Positions 37,862 to 46,310 of a stretch of DNA of 64,000 nucleotides are shown here, piece after piece (position 1 is the first letter of the stretch; every line of letters begins with the position of its first letter). The notes under the pieces were generated by a model. It saw nothing but the letters and a program-made list of their open reading frames with translations. It made no database searches and was not told the DNA's origin. A program made the position numbers and the translations under genes. The DNA is from a virus. Its lineage: Duplodnaviria; Caudoviricetes. The stretch covers positions 32,001 through 96,000 of IMG/VR virus record IMGVR_UViG_2880505610_000001; one strand, written 5' to 3'.

Positions 37862-38044
37862 TCAGCGTCGTGGTCGTCCTGCCTTGCGGGTCCCCTTGCG
37901 TACGGGGAGCCGGCGGTACCGGACCTTGCGGGGGCCCGGTGTCTCCCTAGCCTTGCGCCTTGCCCAGGGCTGCTTGGTGGCGAAGGCCCAGCGCCATTGC
38001 TTGCGGCTGACGAACCCCTTCTTCTGCCCGCCGCGCTTGGCCAT
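37862..38044 (-). CDS. Small very basic protein
   Basis: RBS GGAGG; K/R-rich, GFVSRKQWRWAFA. Confidence 0.65.
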   Translation of the reverse strand: MAKRGGQKKGFVSRKQWRWAFATKQPWARRKARETPGPRKVRYRRLPVRKGTRKAGRPRR

Positions 38045-38050
38045 GTGCCT

Positions 38051-38362
38051 TCACCTCCGGAGGCCGGGGTGTGGTTCGGGTGGGCGGTGCCGCTTGGGCC
38101 GGCGGGCCTGTGCTGCCTTACCGCCCTCGCTGGAGGACTTGTAGACGTGGCAGCGTTGCACCGTGCGGCGTCCATGGATGGGGGCTAGCGCTTCGATCCG
38201 GTGGTCATCGCCAGCCACGATGTGGTCGATCTCGTCCGCGCCGGGCTGGCCGCACACGTGGCAGATGGTGCCGTGGATCCGGAACGCCTCGGTACGGCGG
38301 TCGGCCCAGTCTGCTGGCAGTCGGGCTGCGCGGTCCGAGCCAGCCCATTGTCCGTTCGGCAC
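38051..38362 (-). CDS. HNH endonuclease (packaging-associated)
   Basis: CHVCG..EIDHI..CHVYKS; upstream of terS. Confidence 0.85.
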   Translation of the reverse strand: MPNGQWAGSDRAARLPADWADRRTEAFRIHGTICHVCGQPGADEIDHIVAGDDHRIEALAPIHGRRTVQRCHVYKSSSEGGKAAQARRPKRHRPPEPHPGLRR

Positions 38363-38381
38363 CGCCCCTCCAAGATCTTTC

Positions 38382-39113
38382 TTATCCGCCGGTGGACGAT
38401 CGTGAGCTGTCCCAGGTCAGCGCGTTGGCGTTCTCTGTGACGAGGACGCGCATAGCCGTCGGGTCGCCCTCTGCCTGGAGGTAGCGGTAGCAGCGCGCGG
38501 CATTCGCCTCGTACTGGTTACCCGTCTTCACTGCGGACTCGTGATGCAGCGCGTACACGCGGCCCTCATGGCGGACGGGTTCGGTGCCGAGGAGAGTCTT
38601 GTGCGCGGCGAGCCACGCGGCGTCCTCGAAGCCCCAGCCTCGGAAGTGTTCGTCTTGGCCACCGTGGACCCACCAGGTGGCGGGGTTGAGGACGTAGATT
38701 CCGGAGCAGGCGCCGTCTACGACCAGGTGGTTGCAGTCCTCGAGCGGGGCGCCAGCGAGGAACTGGTCGGTGCCGTCGCGGCGGAGGGAGCGGTACTGGG
38801 TGTAGGGCAGGTGCACGTACCGGGACGTGGTGGCGTCCTGGACCGCCTGCTGCAGTGGCTCAGGCTCGGGCAGGGTGTCCGCGTCAGCGAGGACCACCAC
38901 CTCGTAGCCGCCGGCCTCGGCCATGCGAACGGCCTTGTTCCGGCAGGCGGCGAGACAGAACGCTTCGTGCTCGGTGTCGACGTCCACTATGTGCGCCTCA
39001 GGGAGCAGCACCCGGTAGGTGTCCACCGTCAGGTCGTGGGCGTAGACGCGGTGTGGCTGTGGGCGCCACGGTATGCCGACCAGCACGCGGCACGTGCGTT
39101 CAGCGAGGCCCAC
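38382..39113 (-). CDS. GT-A glycosyltransferase (galactosyltransferase/GT7-like C-terminus)
   Basis: LADAD (DxD), GGQDEHFRGWGFED, ALHH; GTG 39113. Confidence 0.88.
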   Translation of the reverse strand: MGLAERTCRVLVGIPWRPQPHRVYAHDLTVDTYRVLLPEAHIVDVDTEHEAFCLAACRNKAVRMAEAGGYEVVVLADADTLPEPEPLQQAVQDATTSRYVHLPYTQYRSLRRDGTDQFLAGAPLEDCNHLVVDGACSGIYVLNPATWWVHGGQDEHFRGWGFEDAAWLAAHKTLLGTEPVRHEGRVYALHHESAVKTGNQYEANAARCYRYLQAEGDPTAMRVLVTENANALTWDSSRSSTGG

Positions 39114-39534
39114 GCCCCTCCTCCGTGATCTTGTGCCACTGCTCGGTGGTCGGAACCGGCTCGGCACGCCCGGAGGTGTTGATCGCGTATGCAAGGCCGG
39201 ACAGGTTTCCGACGATCGCGCCCAGCGTCTCGGTGAGGCGGTCCACGCGTTCGCGTTCGGCGTCGTAGTCGCGGCGGAGCGCCCGTGTGTCCTCAGCGCC
39301 GTTGTAGTGGCGCGCGAGTGCCTCCAGAAGTGCGTGGGCCTCGCTGTCTCTGAGCCGGAGCGTGGGGTCGATGTTGGGGTCGGGATGGTCGGGCAGCTCT
39401 TCCCAGCCGAGGATGGTGTTGCTGCCGCCCTCAACGATCCGCAGGATGTGCCGGGTCCGCCCTTCCGATTCCTGGACCAGGGTGATCGCAAGGGTCATGC
39501 CTGCGATGTCTTCTCTGATGTAGGCGCGGATCAT
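39100..39534 (-). CDS. Hypothetical protein
   Basis: MIRAYIRED; ATGA coupling. Confidence 0.7.
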   Translation of the reverse strand: MIRAYIREDIAGMTLAITLVQESEGRTRHILRIVEGGSNTILGWEELPDHPDPNIDPTLRLRDSEAHALLEALARHYNGAEDTRALRRDYDAERERVDRLTETLGAIVGNLSGLAYAINTSGRAEPVPTTEQWHKITEEGRGPR

Positions 39535-39797
39535 CGCTGCGCAGCCTTTTCCACGGTGCCCTGAACGTGCTCCACGACGCGGCGGAGGTCGCCCTCGTCC
39601 CACTCAGGCCTCAGGTGGATCCGGACTTCGCCGATCGACGGGGTGGTGTCGTCGAGGTCGGCTTGGACCTCAACGTCCTCGATCAGTGAGGGGGCGGCGC
39701 TTTCGACGAGTTGGCCGGCCTCGTGGTCGCTGAAGCCTGCAGCGCAGAGTTCCTCGCGGTAGGCGGATAGTCTCTGCGCGGTCGTGAGGTTACTCAT
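39531..39797 (-). CDS. Hypothetical protein
   Basis: RBS GAAAGG. Confidence 0.65.
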   Translation of the reverse strand: MSNLTTAQRLSAYREELCAAGFSDHEAGQLVESAAPSLIEDVEVQADLDDTTPSIGEVRIHLRPEWDEGDLRRVVEHVQGTVEKAAQR

Positions 39798-40032
39798 GGG
39801 AGAGCCTTTCGAGCGGAGTGGGTGAGGCCCGGCCTGTGTCCAGCGCCACCCACTCCAGAGGGAGCGGACACAGGCCGGGAGTATGTAACGATTGAATAAC
39901 TCCCTGGAGCGGTTCGCGTCGGTTCACCAATGTTCAGGGAGTTTCAGGGCGTCTCCACACGTCTCAGGACGTCACATTTGAAGACTCCGCACCCGCAAAT
40001 GACCAGCCAGTCATCATGCGATAGTCCAGGTC

Positions 40033-40512
40033 ATGCATGGATGGAACGAGCGCCTGGCAGCGGGCGCAGCGCACGAGGAGCGAGTTGCCCAAGCCCTCAT
40101 CGACCGCGGATGGGAAGTCGCTCCATGGGGCCAGGGCGTCTTGCCGCCGGGTATCCAAGAAGCCCTGAGTCGTAGCGCCTCGAAGTGGCGCCACTTCCCT
40201 GACCTTGTCGCCGCCCGTGAAGGCGAAATCATCACCGTGGACGCCAAAGACCGTATGTGGTCCACTCAGTCCGGCCGGTATGCAGTCAGCCGAGACTGCG
40301 TGAGTTTCGGCCTCCAGTTCATCGCCGCTTTCGGGGTGCCTGTTTTCTACGTGTTCGGCAACCTCAGGGTGCTATCGCCCGTCGAAGTTCAGGCCTACGG
40401 GTCCCTTGGCCCTCGCATCCGCGGGGGCGCCTACTTCCTTGTGCCGGAACGGCTCGGGCATCACTTCGACGACGTGTTCGGGGTTGTCTACCATCACAAT
40501 GAAGCCGCGTGA
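40033..40512 (+). CDS. PD-(D/E)xK nuclease-like moron, antisense to late operon
   Basis: G..HEERV, FPDL..ITVDAK. Confidence 0.7.
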   Translation: MHGWNERLAAGAAHEERVAQALIDRGWEVAPWGQGVLPPGIQEALSRSASKWRHFPDLVAAREGEIITVDAKDRMWSTQSGRYAVSRDCVSFGLQFIAAFGVPVFYVFGNLRVLSPVEVQAYGSLGPRIRGGAYFLVPERLGHHFDDVFGVVYHHNEAA

Positions 40513-41211
40513 TCAATAGCCCGAGCCGACTCGTGCGTCGCCGATGTGCTCGACGCGTGGAGGGTCGGTGCGCCGGCCCCAGTACGCGGCACGAGCGTGG
40601 GGGTTCTGGAAAAGGTGCCGGCCGAAGCGGGACTCGGACCAGTCGCCCTCTGGCCAGTCGTGCTCAAGGGTTCGGCGTGGGATCAGACACGGGTTGCCGG
40701 TGAACACGGCGCGGTGCTCGATCCACCACTGGCGGCCGTTCGTGCACTCAGTGAACCGCTGGCCCTGTGCCTCCAGAGCCTCGATTAGGCCGCCGTGCTC
40801 GACCTCATTCGTGAACCAGGGCTGCCTGAGCAGCGCCATCTGCATCAGGTCACGTCGGGCGTCCAGAACCTCGGCGAGCTCGTCGAGGTCCACGTCCTCA
40901 GTGAGGACGAAATCGTCCTCCCAGAACGCGAACGCGGGCTCGTCCCAGTGGCGGGCCAACGCCCACACTGCCTGCATCGCCCGCCAGTACCCGTGCGGGG
41001 CCGGAAGGTGGAGGACCTTGGTGTCCCAGGGACCGCCCACGTACTCGTCCTCGAGCCACTGGCCGTAGACGTCGTCGCCGGAGTCGTCCACGATCACCAT
41101 GCTGCTCACGCCGGTCAGGTGGGCGATGGCGGACGGGATCGTCTTAGCGATGCAGTCGGGCCGGCCGTTGGTCAGGCAGATGATCGGGACGGGCATGGAG
41201 CTCCGATCCAT
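40513..41211 (-). CDS. GT2-like glycosyltransferase
   Basis: TNGRPD, IVDDSG, WEDDF, VEHIG. Confidence 0.85.
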   Translation of the reverse strand: MDRSSMPVPIICLTNGRPDCIAKTIPSAIAHLTGVSSMVIVDDSGDDVYGQWLEDEYVGGPWDTKVLHLPAPHGYWRAMQAVWALARHWDEPAFAFWEDDFVLTEDVDLDELAEVLDARRDLMQMALLRQPWFTNEVEHGGLIEALEAQGQRFTECTNGRQWWIEHRAVFTGNPCLIPRRTLEHDWPEGDWSESRFGRHLFQNPHARAAYWGRRTDPPRVEHIGDARVGSGY

Positions 41212-41250
41212 CGGTCGTGGCCCGGGCGACGCGGGTGGAGCTGGGTGACG

Positions 41251-41955
41251 TCACATCAGGACGGGTCGTTCGTAGCCCCACTTGGTGATCCACGTCTTGT
41301 GGTCGCGGTCGGTCTGCTCAGACAGGACCGGGTCCGCGCGGGTTTGTACATCTGGGGCACGGTGTTCCACGCGGACGCCGGGCACGAGGAGCGACCCGCC
41401 GGCTTGACGGCTTTCCCAATCGATCGTGTCGTCGCCGAACCACCACACGAAGTCTTCGTCGGCGCGGATGCCCGCCTCACCGCGGAGCATGAAGCAGTAC
41501 CCGCAGATCCGCTCCTGGACCAGTGTCGGCTGTGCCGCGGTGTGCAGCATTCGTTGGCCGACGCCGAACTGGTCCGGGTACGCGCACACCGCGGTCGTGG
41601 CGCGCATTGCGGCCGACAACGTGACCACCAGTTCGTCCGGTGCGACGATGTCGTCGTTGACGACGAGGACGTTCCAGGCGCCCCAGCCGTTGGTCTCGGC
41701 GGTTCGGGCGACTTCGTCGATGCCGAGGTTCCACAGGCGGGAAATGTTCGGTGGGTACTCGGCGTGCCGGATGATCCGCAGGTCCGAGCTCAGGCCCGGG
41801 AACGCCGAGGTCGGCGGGTTCGAGCCGTTGTCGACGATGAGGATGCCGTGGACTTGTCCGTCCAGGGAGTTCACGCAGTCGGCGAGGAACTCCGGCCGGT
41901 TCTTGGTCGGTATGACGGCGAGCGTCGGCGCAGTCATGGCGTCTTCTTCGCCCAT
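41251..41955 (-). CDS. GT2 glycosyltransferase
   Basis: VIPTKNR, IVDNGS, WNLG, VNDD, WWFGDD. Confidence 0.9.
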   Translation of the reverse strand: MGEEDAMTAPTLAVIPTKNRPEFLADCVNSLDGQVHGILIVDNGSNPPTSAFPGLSSDLRIIRHAEYPPNISRLWNLGIDEVARTAETNGWGAWNVLVVNDDIVAPDELVVTLSAAMRATTAVCAYPDQFGVGQRMLHTAAQPTLVQERICGYCFMLRGEAGIRADEDFVWWFGDDTIDWESRQAGGSLLVPGVRVEHRAPDVQTRADPVLSEQTDRDHKTWITKWGYERPVLM

Positions 41956-42446
41956 GCGTACAGGTCGCCGGGCGGGTAGGCGTACTCCAGCCCGAACGAG
42001 CGCGGGAACGTGTCGGCGAGCGCCGCGGCCAGTTCGGCAGGCTGGACGTTGCAGTAGTGCTCGCCCGGCTCAGGCCACGGGCCTCCGCTCATACCATGCG
42101 GCGGGCGCCGGTCCGAGGCGCACGTGACGATCAGCAGGCCGCCGGGCGCGAGTGCGCGTTCGGCGGTGGCGATGATCGCCGGCCAGCCTTTCACGTGCTC
42201 GAACACCTCGGTGCACAGTACGAGGTCGTAGGTGCGGTCGGGGACCCAGGTGCGGGCGTCGGCGACCACGTCGACGCCATTCCCCGGGGTGGAGTCGACG
42301 GCCGTCCAGTCGTGGGTGGCGAACATGCCGCGGAGGCTGCCGTTGACGTTGCGGCCTCCCAGGTCGCACGCGGCAAGGGTGGCGTGGGTGAGGAGGCCGT
42401 GCGTGTCTGCGAGCCGCTTCACTGCGGCGCGGGCCTCATCATGCAT
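41934..42446 (-). CDS. Class I SAM methyltransferase
   Basis: DLGGRNVNG, YDLVLCTEVFEH, LAPGG; ATG 42446. Confidence 0.88.
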   Translation of the reverse strand: MHDEARAAVKRLADTHGLLTHATLAACDLGGRNVNGSLRGMFATHDWTAVDSTPGNGVDVVADARTWVPDRTYDLVLCTEVFEHVKGWPAIIATAERALAPGGLLIVTCASDRRPPHGMSGGPWPEPGEHYCNVQPAELAAALADTFPRSFGLEYAYPPGDLYAWAKKTP

Positions 42447-42646
42447 TGAGGGTCTCCTGGGAAGGAGCTGTGGGCCCGGCCATCCCACCCCCCGGGGGAT
42501 AGCCGGACCCAGCAGCGGTGCGCAGGCCGCTGGGGAGCGATGCCTACGCGTGAGGGGGCACACCACGCGGACGGGGTGTACGGCACACCCGAACCCCTGC
42601 ACGTGAACAGTGCGTGAGCAGCAGGGGCCGGGTGCGCGTTCTTGGG

Positions 42647-42922
42647 TTAGGCGGCGGCGGAGCGCTCGGCTTCCCGGAGCGGGCAGCGGTGCGCGATCGC
42701 CGCGCGTTCTTCCGGGGTGGCGGGGACCTCGTGGCCGTGGCTGATTTCCCGTTCGATCACGCGAAGGTCTCGCATGTCGTAGTAGACGGCGCGTCCCCAC
42801 CGGTTGAGCTGGACGGCGTTGTACCGCTTGGCCCACCAGCGGATCGTGGATGCGGCGCGCCTGTCCAGTCGCTTCCCGGCTTCGGCTGCGGTCACCGGCT
42901 CGGGTCGGTCTTCCAGGGGCAT
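42647..42922 (-). CDS. Small HTH DNA-binding protein
   Basis: VTAAEAG..ASTIRWWAKR. Confidence 0.7.
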   Translation of the reverse strand: MPLEDRPEPVTAAEAGKRLDRRAASTIRWWAKRYNAVQLNRWGRAVYYDMRDLRVIEREISHGHEVPATPEERAAIAHRCPLREAERSAAA

Positions 42923-43095
42923 AGCCACCCCCTGAACAGCAGAAATCCCCAGGCCCTTGGGGTTCCTGGGGACATACGTGTGGTACTTCACGAAGTGTGG
43001 CAGAGCGCCGCCCGATTCGCAATTTGCAGGTCAGCGGCGTGTCCGGGCGACTTCGTGGCTGCGGCTTCGAGAGGGCACCCCGCCCGCCTGCAATG

Positions 43096-43110
43096 CGAAC
43101 GCATGTTCGA
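43096..43110. promoter_or_regulatory. Actinobacterial LexA (SOS) box
   Basis: CGAAC-GCAT-GTTCGA. Confidence 0.75.
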
Positions 43111-43121
43111 TGATGGCTCTC

Positions 43122-43394
43122 ATGGATGCAGGTCAGTCGCGTGATGCCGTGGAGATGCCGCTAGCCCCGCACCGTGGCGATCACATCCCCGCCCGGCACC
43201 CCGCGTGCTGGATTCACCTGGCCGGTGGTTGGCGGCGAGGGTGGATCCAGCACTGGCTGGTCGGCACGTCGGGGTGGCTGGCGTGGGTGCAGTACGAGGA
43301 CCCGGACGGGAGGCCGTGGCCGCGGTTCGGGATGTTCGCCTACGATGAGGAGGCGGTCCGTCCGCGTGAGGAGGGGCAGGGGCCGCCCGATTAG
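43122..43394 (+). CDS. Small Trp-rich protein, probably SOS-regulated
   Basis: Directly after SOS box; start at 43122 or 43155. Confidence 0.65.
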   Translation: MDAGQSRDAVEMPLAPHRGDHIPARHPACWIHLAGGWRRGWIQHWLVGTSGWLAWVQYEDPDGRPWPRFGMFAYDEEAVRPREEGQGPPD

Positions 43395-43783
43395 GGCCGC
43401 CACTCCTCCAGGTAGTCGGGGTCGTTGGCGTACGGTTGGGCGAGCAGCCGCAGGATGCGCTCCAGCGTCTTCGAAAGCCCTTCGCCGACAGCCCGGACAC
43501 TCGCTTCGTACTCGTCGACGATTCGCCGCTTGGACTCAATGTCCGCCAGCGTGAACGAGTCAGGAGCAGGATCGCAGAATCGCTCGCTGAACTCGGCGTT
43601 CGACATGATGTGACCGCAGGGCTGAAACTCCGTGCGGTTGTCCCCCGACTGCATGCCAAAGGACTCGACCCTCTCGCCGCAGGTCGGGCAGATAACCTGG
43701 AACGGCTTGAACTTGAACTTGCCTCGTTCGACGCGTTCACTCTCGTTCAGCCGGGCGTGCAGGAACTTCACCAGGTCACTCAT
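43391..43783 (-). CDS. DUF6221-family protein with Zn ribbon
   Basis: LVKFLHARL, ADIESKRRIV, LAQPY..DPDYLEEWRP. Confidence 0.8.
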   Translation of the reverse strand: MSDLVKFLHARLNESERVERGKFKFKPFQVICPTCGERVESFGMQSGDNRTEFQPCGHIMSNAEFSERFCDPAPDSFTLADIESKRRIVDEYEASVRAVGEGLSKTLERILRLLAQPYANDPDYLEEWRP

Positions 43784-44019
43784 CGCCGGGCCTCCTGGTC
43801 GGCCATCTCAGCCAGCGCGCGGGCGGACATGGACAGGATCTCGATCTGCTTGCGCGGCAGCTTGGCGATCTCTGCGTGGGCCTTGTCGAACTCGCCCTGG
43901 TAGGCCCAGCCCATCGCTCCTTGGGCGGTCAGGATGGGTCCGGCCCGCGCGAACGCGTCCGTGACTCCCTCCAGGGCTTCCTGTAGTTGCTTGGCCCAGT
44001 CGGGCGTCTCGTCTCTCAT
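43780..44019 (-). CDS. Hypothetical protein
   Basis: ATG 44019, ATGA overlap. Confidence 0.65.
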   Translation of the reverse strand: MRDETPDWAKQLQEALEGVTDAFARAGPILTAQGAMGWAYQGEFDKAHAEIAKLPRKQIEILSMSARALAEMADQEARR

Positions 44020-44029
44020 GCCGGCCACC

Positions 44030-44137
44030 TCACGTGTAGTTGGTGACGATCCTGATGATCGCCCACACCACCAGTCCGAGCATTCCGATGCCCAGCAGGG
44101 CACAGAACGCGAACCAGACCTTGAATCCGCTGCTCAC
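44030..44137 (-). CDS. 35-aa single-TM peptide (below ORF-track cutoff)
   Basis: GTG..SSGFKVWFAFCALLGIGMLGLVVWAIIRIVTNYT; RBS GAGGGGGA. Confidence 0.6.
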   Translation of the reverse strand: MSSGFKVWFAFCALLGIGMLGLVVWAIIRIVTNYT

Positions 44138-44146
44138 CTATCCCCC

Positions 44147-45034
44147 TCATGCGCTGTGACGGAGTTTGTCGAGTTCGGCCTCGTAGACGGCGCGGAGCAG
44201 GTTGGTGTACTCGGCGCCGAAGTAGCGGGTGCCGCACGCGGAGCATTCGGCGTAGTCCTCGAGGCCCGCGGACAGGTCGGGGCGGACGAGGACGTCCAGT
44301 TGGTCGCAGGAGAAGCACCTGCCGGCGATCTTCTCGTCTTTGCCGGTGTGGCCGAGGGTCCAGCGGCAGCGGGCGTTGAGGCGGAACATTTCCAGGGCCG
44401 CGTCGCCGCCGTCGAGTTCCAGGATGGCCTCGGCGGTGCCGGTCCAGTGGTTGCGGCGGACGGGTGTGCCTTCGGGGAGGTCGTCGGCGTCCACGGTCGT
44501 CATGGTCCGGGTCATGGGTTCGGCGGGCAGGGCGAGGAGCGCGTCCAGGCGTGCGGCGAGGGTTTCGCACATCTCCTCGAAGGGCTGGTCTGGGTAGGCG
44601 GCGAAGGGGGCGCCGTACCGGGCGCGGTCTTCCAGGGACCGGTCGGTTTCGCGGCCGGCGAGTCCGGCGACGCGGTAGATGCGGCCGGCCCAGGAGGAGA
44701 TGACGTTGACGAGTTCGACGCGGAGCGTGTCGAAGGTCAGGTTGATCGGGATCGGGGCGTTCTTGCTGCCGGAGACTTTGGGGCCGTGCCCGGTGCTGCT
44801 CTTGTCACCGATCCGCTCCCCCAGTTCCCGGTGGTAGGCGGGGAGCTGTTCGAGGCAGCGGAGCGTGAACTCGCGGTCGGCGTCACAGAGTGCGCGGTAT
44901 CCGAGTGCTGGCTCGATGATCCGCTGTCCGCCCGTGAACGTCACGGTGGCGTTGATGCACCGGTCTCCCCGTGCGCAGGGCCGCTGGCCGCCATCGTCGC
45001 GGTCGGCCGGGATGCTGTGAATCGTGCTGGCCAT
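44147..45034 (-). CDS. Zn-ribbon protein, possible late regulator
   Basis: CFSC..CSACG at C-terminus; last large early gene. Confidence 0.65.
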   Translation of the reverse strand: MASTIHSIPADRDDGGQRPCARGDRCINATVTFTGGQRIIEPALGYRALCDADREFTLRCLEQLPAYHRELGERIGDKSSTGHGPKVSGSKNAPIPINLTFDTLRVELVNVISSWAGRIYRVAGLAGRETDRSLEDRARYGAPFAAYPDQPFEEMCETLAARLDALLALPAEPMTRTMTTVDADDLPEGTPVRRNHWTGTAEAILELDGGDAALEMFRLNARCRWTLGHTGKDEKIAGRCFSCDQLDVLVRPDLSAGLEDYAECSACGTRYFGAEYTNLLRAVYEAELDKLRHSA

Positions 45035-45057
45035 GGTTCCCCCCATTAGTGCCGGGC

Positions 45058-45234
45058 TCAGCCCGCCACCTCGATTCGCTTGATGCTCGACCGCCACGTC
45101 GCGGTCATCTTCACGGTGGTGTCGCCAGGGATCTCCTGCCTCATGGCTTCCTGGACGAACTGGGCAAGCTCGTCCAATGTCATTCCGTACTTGAGGTCGG
45201 CGGCTTCGGCGCGGACCGTCTTCTCAGTGATCAC
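45058..45234 (-). CDS. Small hypothetical protein
   Basis: GTGA coupling with ligase; GMTLDELAQFV. Confidence 0.6.
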   Translation of the reverse strand: MITEKTVRAEAADLKYGMTLDELAQFVQEAMRQEIPGDTTVKMTATWRSSIKRIEVAG

Positions 45235-46310
45235 GCGACATCCTCCGAGACAGTGATCGGGCGGTCTTCGCCGGAAGGGCGGAGGGTCTGCCAGATCTTC
45301 GGGGCGGGATCCTTGCCATCGAGCAGGAGGAACAACGACGCCTTGTGCTCGGACTTCACGGCGAGCGCGGCGTAGTCCTTCCGGGTCCAGCCGACGGGGA
45401 GCTGGTTCAGGATGCGCTTGTGTTCGGCCTCGGCCGCGGCGATCCGGCTGTGCAGCTCGACCCCGAGCCGGTCGTTGAGGTCTCTCACCCAGGCGTGGAA
45501 TTCGTCGGGCAGCGGTTCGCAGATGTCGGCGACGGTCTGGCCGTCGCCAAGTGCTTCCCAGACAGCGCGGGCGTTGAGGCCGGTGACGATGCGGTGGAGC
45601 CGGACGTAGTCCTCCTGCTTGATCTTCACCATGGTGCCGGTGTCGACGAGCCGTACCACGACGCCCTCGGCGCCCGGGCGCGATGGCAGCGTGAGCGCCT
45701 CGCCGATGGTGCTGGCGGGGAAGGTCTCGGCTCGGGGGCCTTGCCAGTTCGGGACGTGGTCGGGGCCGAGGGGTGTGCCGGTGGCGGTGTGGACGGCGCC
45801 GAGCAGGATGAGGTCGTCGGTGTCGCCGTAGTCGCACACGATGCGGTTGGCGGGGTAGACAATCTCGACCAGGACGGTGACGCCGTCCGGTGGCCGGAAG
45901 CCGGCGTAGCGGTCGCGCAGGATGCGGGTGGCGTGCTCGGCCTGGGTGGAGGTGAACGAGCCGCGTGTGGCGATCGCCCAGTCGTCGCCGTGCGGGTAGA
46001 GGGTGCCGAGACTCCCGTCGATCTTGTCGATGGTTTCGGCTTTGGCGTCGAGGTCGAGCGTGCCGCAGGCGGGTTCGCCGTAGTTGAAGAACTTGCGCCA
46101 GGGCCTGGCGATGATGTGGCCGTCGTGGTGGGTGATGAGGCCCCGGCAGTTGAGGGTGACGTTGGTCCAGGCGCGTTCGTACTGACAGCGCTCGGTGTAG
46201 TTCAGGATCCGGAGCGGCAGCGTCGGGTGCTGTTGTTCGCGGACGTGGCCTTCGGCGATTGCGGTGTTGAGTGCGGTGATGTCGAACAGGTCGCTGATGT
46301 GGGGGATCAC
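45231..46310 (-). CDS. RNA ligase, T4 Rnl1 (RnlA) family
   Basis: ILNYT, CRGLI, KFFN, motif I KIDGS, ATRGSF, EGVVV, KIK..Y..LH. Confidence 0.92.
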   Translation of the reverse strand: MIPHISDLFDITALNTAIAEGHVREQQHPTLPLRILNYTERCQYERAWTNVTLNCRGLITHHDGHIIARPWRKFFNYGEPACGTLDLDAKAETIDKIDGSLGTLYPHGDDWAIATRGSFTSTQAEHATRILRDRYAGFRPPDGVTVLVEIVYPANRIVCDYGDTDDLILLGAVHTATGTPLGPDHVPNWQGPRAETFPASTIGEALTLPSRPGAEGVVVRLVDTGTMVKIKQEDYVRLHRIVTGLNARAVWEALGDGQTVADICEPLPDEFHAWVRDLNDRLGVELHSRIAAAEAEHKRILNQLPVGWTRKDYAALAVKSEHKASLFLLLDGKDPAPKIWQTLRPSGEDRPITVSEDVA

